Assembly: GCA_031267055.1 (NCBI GenBank)
Contig: JAIRZV010000126.1
Location: 1 to 39,029, forward strand
Length of the DNA stretch: 39,029 nt
Source of the DNA: Candidatus Margulisiibacteriota bacterium
Lineage (GTDB): Bacteria; Margulisbacteria; Termititenacia; Termititenacales; Termititenacaceae
Direction: 5' to 3'
The translations under genes were made by a program, and so were the position numbers. Positions within the stretch are counted from its first letter, which is position 1; every line of letters begins with the position of its first letter. The notes beneath the pieces are model-generated. The model saw only the letters and a program-made list of their open reading frames with translations. It was not told the DNA's origin and made no database searches. Of this stretch, positions 19,101 to 25,100 are shown one piece after another.

Positions 19101-22100
19101 TGTAAACTTCATATCTTTTTTCATGTTTCCTTCAGTAACATGCAGTGTAGAATTTTTCTTAAGGGTTTCTCTATACGCAGCATAATTGGGATTATCTTTA
19201 CTCACACCCATATCGGCCAATAGTGCATCCAAACGTTGTTCCGCCATCGCTGCTACTCCATTTTCCCCCCAAGCGCCAACTGCCTGTCCACCTCGATGCG
19301 TGTTATTTACATAGATTTGCGCCTGCATTGCGTTAATGACTGCCTTTTGTTGTTCTTCAGTCAGATCATTAAAAGCTACGAGTTTACCATCAAGCTTAAT
19401 CTCAACCTCATTACCGCCTGCCTGATCTCCAACATTTTTAACAGCAGTTTTTACGGACACTTCTAGCTTGTTTGTGACTTGTGTGCCGGTACGAGGATTG
19501 CCGTCCTTAAATCGAGTAGTGATTTGGTCAGGATCTCCCTGTTTCAGCTGGTCTATTACCGTATCGTCGAGTGTAGCGCCTTCCACCGTGGTCGCTTCTG
19601 GTTTCTGCAACTCTCCCTTGGCATCAATAGCGTTGGCGCCGGGGTGTTTGCTGTAGCTTGTGCCCCAGTCCAGGAGGTCTCCGGTAAGCAAAGCGGCCCC
19701 GAGCTTCAGCCAGGCAAAAGCCAGGCCCACAACGGCGCCAGTTAAGCCTTTTAACATGCCGGCTTCTGATTGCAGATAGTTGTCAGCCGCGGCTGCTGTC
19801 GCTTCACCGAACGCTTTCACATCAGGGTCATTCGGATGTTCTTTTACATATTTAGATAAGGCCGCCGGATCGATATTACCTGCGGAATCCACGGCAATAT
19901 TGGGGTCTTTACTTTTTATTTGCGCTTCTAATTCTCCTCGCGACTCGCCTCTGGCTTTGTTAAATGCGCCAAGATCACCGCCGCCACCACCCATGCCCAT
20001 AAAACCGCCTGTGCCGGTGGTATTTAACCCTTTGGTATCCTTATTTTGTCCGCCGACAGCGCTGGTCCCCAAACCAACTACTCCTGAAATAGACTTACCA
20101 GCCTTGCTCTGCCAAAAACTATTCGCGCCATTCTTTCCCTGCATATCTTTACCTGTTTTGAAAAAGTCGCCTATTTCCTGCAAGAGCTGACTGCCTTTTT
20201 GCTTCCAGGCATTGCCGCCGTATTTTTCCAGATTCTTCTCGATACCGTCTTTAAAATCTCCCGCAGCTCGCACAGCTGCGATAGTGGCGCTGGTCAGACC
20301 GGCGGTAGCGGAAATTATTTTGTCTATTTGCGTGTCAATTTTCTTGTCGGTTTCTTCCAGTTTGGACGCCTTGCTGACCAGTTGTTCCAGCATAGCTCCA
20401 GCCACACCGGCCTCGAGGCCGGCGACCATTTCCGCCGCCGAGGGCAGATTGGCGCCGGCCGCGCCGCTGATTTTGGAAGTGATCTTGCCACGCGCTTCAC
20501 CTTTGGCACGGTGCACTTTGCGCAGCGCGGCATTGATGCGCTCCATTTTTTTCATATTGGCCTGCATCAACGAGAGCTGAAACTTCGCCGCGCCGCCATT
20601 GGTCATCAGCCCAAAAAAATCGCTATTCGTGCCTTCCAGCGGATCAGTGTCGCCGGTAGTCTGCTGCACCAAGTCGCCACTGCCCTTGCCGTCAACATCC
20701 TGCCTGGCCTTTTCCCTGGCTTTTTTGGTAATATCTTTCAGCTCTTCCTGCTGTTTGTATTTCAGGATCGCCAGTTTTACCATCGTGACAATAGCCTCAA
20801 AAAAACTGCACACTGCCATTGCCAGACCGGATACGCCGGACATTAAACTAAAACAAGTGCCAAGTTGAGGAATAATGCCTAAAACAATCAATACGACAAT
20901 AGCGACTGCCGCAACGATCGTGCCGATTATGCCAAAAGTTCTTTTGACTTCTTCATTTTTCTGCGCTGACTGCGCGTCATAGATTTTTTGCTTGATACTC
21001 ACTATATCATTGACTGTGCTGGTCAGGTCCTGTGCTTTGGACTGGATGAATTGATTTTCCGCGCCGACCGCTCCGCCGGAATAATTACTCAAACTAAGAT
21101 TACTGACATTGGTCAGGACTTGATGCACCATCGAGCGGGAAGCCGAGCGCGTGTTGTACATAGCCTGCCAAATCGCGTTCAAATAAGAAAGTCCGTAAAT
21201 ATCGGCCTGCGCTTTATTCATATTTTCAAAATTGACGCTGTAACTGGCCACACCGCCAAAAATACCGGCGGGTACTTCGGTCTTTACAATCAAACCGTTT
21301 TCAGATTCGCTGTACAAGACGCTGTCGGTATACACATTCACACCCTTACTGGTTGATTTGATCTCTCCCTGGCTGTTATAGAGACGAGTGCCAGCTTCGT
21401 TCAGTTTCTCGGCATTAGCTTGCCCTATGCCGTTGGTTAAACTATGCAGACTGGTTGCGTCGGGCTGCCCCATATTAGCGTAGGATTTTGCCAATAATTC
21501 ATCGCACTTTGGCCCCACCAGATAGCCAAACGGCCCAGCCATGCTGACCCAGGCCTGCTTCCAGCGCTGCTGCTCGCGCTCGATCATGGCATTGCGCGTC
21601 TGAATGCGCTGCTCCTCACGCTGAGCGTAAGCGGCGATGATCGAAGTGACATACTGGAATTCTGCGGAGAGCGCCTGCTCAGCCAGACCGGATACCTGAT
21701 ACGTGGTGGTGTTAGTCATTTCTTGGTGGACTATGTTGCGCGACTCGAGATTGTAGCGCTGGATCATGAATTGTGCGCGGCGCAAATTGACCGCCTGTGT
21801 AGCCTGATAACGCATCCAGGCGATGCGCGCGCGATAAGTCATTTGATAATTATCTTTGGCCACATCGATGGTTGATTTAGTTAGGCCATCTGCTTCGGAA
21901 ACATCAGCAATATTTTGAGTGTTGCTGTTAACATTGACGCTGCTCTTTACTTGATTTTCAACATTGTTGGTGGGCGCCAATATATTGAGCAGCCAGTCGA
22001 ATATACCGCCGCCGCCGACAATATTTCCGATGAGATTGGCCGGATTGCCCCACAAAGATCCACTTTTATCTATAACATCATATTTGCTTATTTCGCGGTT

Positions 22101-25100
22101 GGTCAGACCGACGTGCACGCCTTTGTTCCATTCGTCCTGTAGTATTTTCAACACGTCCACTTCGCCTGCTATCGCGTAATCGCCCGCGCCGGTCATACTA
22201 CCAAAACTGCCACCGCTGTAGCCGTAGCCGGATTCAGAGCCGTTAACAACGCCTGTCATGTCAAACTCGCGGCGCAGATCATCTCTGTCCCAGACACTTT
22301 CTTTAGCGTTAAACAAAGTTTTTACTATACCAATCGCCGACTGCGGGTCCATAGGCACTTCGATGAATGAGCATAGAAAACCAATGCCAAAGGCCGTGGA
22401 TTCCAACTGGAATAATTTAGTTAGTTTATCCGCATTAGCTGCGGCAGAAAGACTGGCGTTGTACGCGGAAATATATTCCTGACGCAGTTGTTTTATTTCA
22501 TTGAATTTTTCCATGATGACAGACTGCTCCTGCTCGATCAGGCTGCTGACCAGTGTGGAAGTCGTGTAGCCGGATTGCGAGGTCATTTCGGTATGCACGG
22601 CGTTGCGCGACTGTGCTTTGGCCGCATGCAGGCTGCCGAGCGTACGATTTATGATTTGCAAACGGCTGATCTCTCTTTCCAAAACAATGAATTTTTCATC
22701 ATTGTCATAGATCAGCCCGTCGGCGCCTCTTTTGAATTTCACTTTGGCCGCTTCGTCGAGCAGACTGTACTGCATCTGCATATTGGCTGCGATCGCTTGA
22801 GCCGAGCCGCTGTCACTAAAATGTTTTAAAACTTCTGTGTAGGTTTGTGTACGGGAAGACGCTAGGTCCTTAGCGCTACTCTGCGTCTGCGCCAGATTTT
22901 TACCGGCAACTTCGGCTTTGGGTTTGGAAACTTTATCCCATTTTTCCTGCGCGGCTTCCGCTTTGTTCTGGTCTTGCTCCAGAGTGATCGTGCCGGAAAT
23001 AAGCGCTGATAATTTACCGAGAATAGTATTGAGAAAAAATCCGGACAAGGCCAGGCCTGCGCCAATACAAAATGCCACGCCGGCAGCAGCAAGGGGAGCG
23101 GCCGTTCCAAGAGACGCGGCGGTCATTGCAATGCCGGCAGCGCTAGCAATAATAGTTGCAGCTAATACAGGAATAGCGGCGGCAACCGAAGCCGCGGCTA
23201 TAGCCGCCGGTATTTGCAAAGCCATTAAATCTTTTTTGTTGCCTCTACTCCTTCCTACAGCGTCATAAGTGACTTTTGCGACTAACGGTATAGCCACAGC
23301 CATACCTATGCCTAAAACTATGACTCCCGGTATTGCCCACCCCGCCCAAGCGCTGGCTGCCATAGTTGCTCTACCTGTAGCCTGCATAGCGCCAAAAACG
23401 CCTATTCCGGTTACGCCAGCTGCCGCAAAAGCCACAGAAGATACCGCGGCTATCATCGATAAAACTCTGTTCCGGTCTTTTTGGATTTCGTCTATCTCTT
23501 TGCTGATCACGGACTCCATGAGTTGATTGTGCTGATTGACGATGCCGACGGCTTCTTTTTTCAGCTCGTTCACATCCTTGAGCAGCGTGTCCGTTTCGGT
23601 CTGAATGATCTGCGAAGCCTTCATGGATTTGTAAGCTTCTTCGGAGCCGACGCGCTCCAGCTCCGCGCCCACTATATTGTAAGCTTCATTTTGCGCTTCC
23701 ATGACCATGGCCAGAAAAGCGAGAATATTTCTTTGAAACAAAAATTCTACGCGCGCTTTCTCAAACTTGTCGTCTTCGTATCGCCAAAAATCACTGCGGT
23801 CATCAATAAAATTACCGATATTTGTCATTGTAGTTATTTCTGTCTGTGTTTTGCGTTGATTTACACCCCAAACATCTGTACGATTATTCAGAATGCTGTC
23901 AATGCTGTTACCATCATTACCGTTAGACTTGAGTTTTTTTAGAACGCTTTTGACATCTTCCGGCGAAGCGTCTCCGGACCACGCGCCTTTTTCATATATA
24001 GCCGTTGAGCCAAAAATTATATTGTTGGCGTAAAAATCCGAGATCAATTTTGTATCCGGCTGGCTCAATTTCCCGTAAGTGGAGCTTGTGCCTTCGGACA
24101 CATACCCCGCCTTGGGGTTGAATCTCTGGACAGAGCGGGAGTAAAGATTGTTCGAGATACTGTACTCCTGGCCGAAGTCCGCGGAGAGGGAGAGAGCGTT
24201 TACCGGCACATAGCTGTTTATGGACAGCAGATCATCAGCGGTCTTGACCAATCCCAGCTGCAATTGCGGGCTGACTATCTTGTCCGAGAAATCGAACACA
24301 CGGTCAACACCGCTGCTGTCCTGATAGAGCATGACCCATTGTTTTTCGCCGGAAGCCTTGTCCGTGGCCTCGCAAACACGCGCATTTGGCAGAGAGGCGC
24401 CTGTCTTAGCCGCAAGAGCCAGTAAAGAATTGACCGCCAGTAAAGCGAGATTTTGCGAAGCGCCGGCCTTGGTATCAATAACCAAGCTCTGATTCGGAAA
24501 AACATCCTGCAAATCCAGACATTGATACTCTGTCTTGATATAGTTAAAAAGCTTGGCGGTGATCTCGTCCATAGACAGCCCGCTCAGATCCATCGCGCCC
24601 TCAAATTCCGCCAAGAATTTGCTCAACGCCGGATCGGTCGGATCGATATAGGCTTTGGCATTATTCTCGAGAAACTCCAGCTGCGCCGCTGTGCCAAAAA
24701 CTTTGTTATCATTGAAGCGGAAATACACGTCGAAACTTAATTCATTTACCTGTTTCAGATCAGAGAGTTTGGCAATATTGCCCTGCTCGGCAAAGGCGGC
24801 ATCTAATGCGTAAGTCTGTCCGTCATCTGCTAAATACTCCACAAAGACATGGTCTCCATACACGGCATGTTTGCCAGCTACCGCCGACACACGGCTATTG
24901 GCGGTCTGATAATCCATACCCTCATTCATGAGCAGCGCGATCATTGCTGAGGCTAATAAGATCGATAGATCTTCACAATCGCCGCCGCGCTGAAAGATCG
25001 TCTCACCGACAAAATTCCAGTCATCTTTATCCTCCGGCACATAGTTAAAATTGTCGATGATGTAATTATAAAGTTTCGTTAGTTTTTCTTCCGCAGAAAG

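Noticed and set aside
19975-20020. Gly run GTGGFMGMGGGGGDLGAF in the giant protein as a possible RTX calcium-binding repeat.
   Set aside because: It is a single occurrence with no tandem GGxGxDxUx nonapeptides, so it is insufficient for an RTX or type I secretion substrate call.
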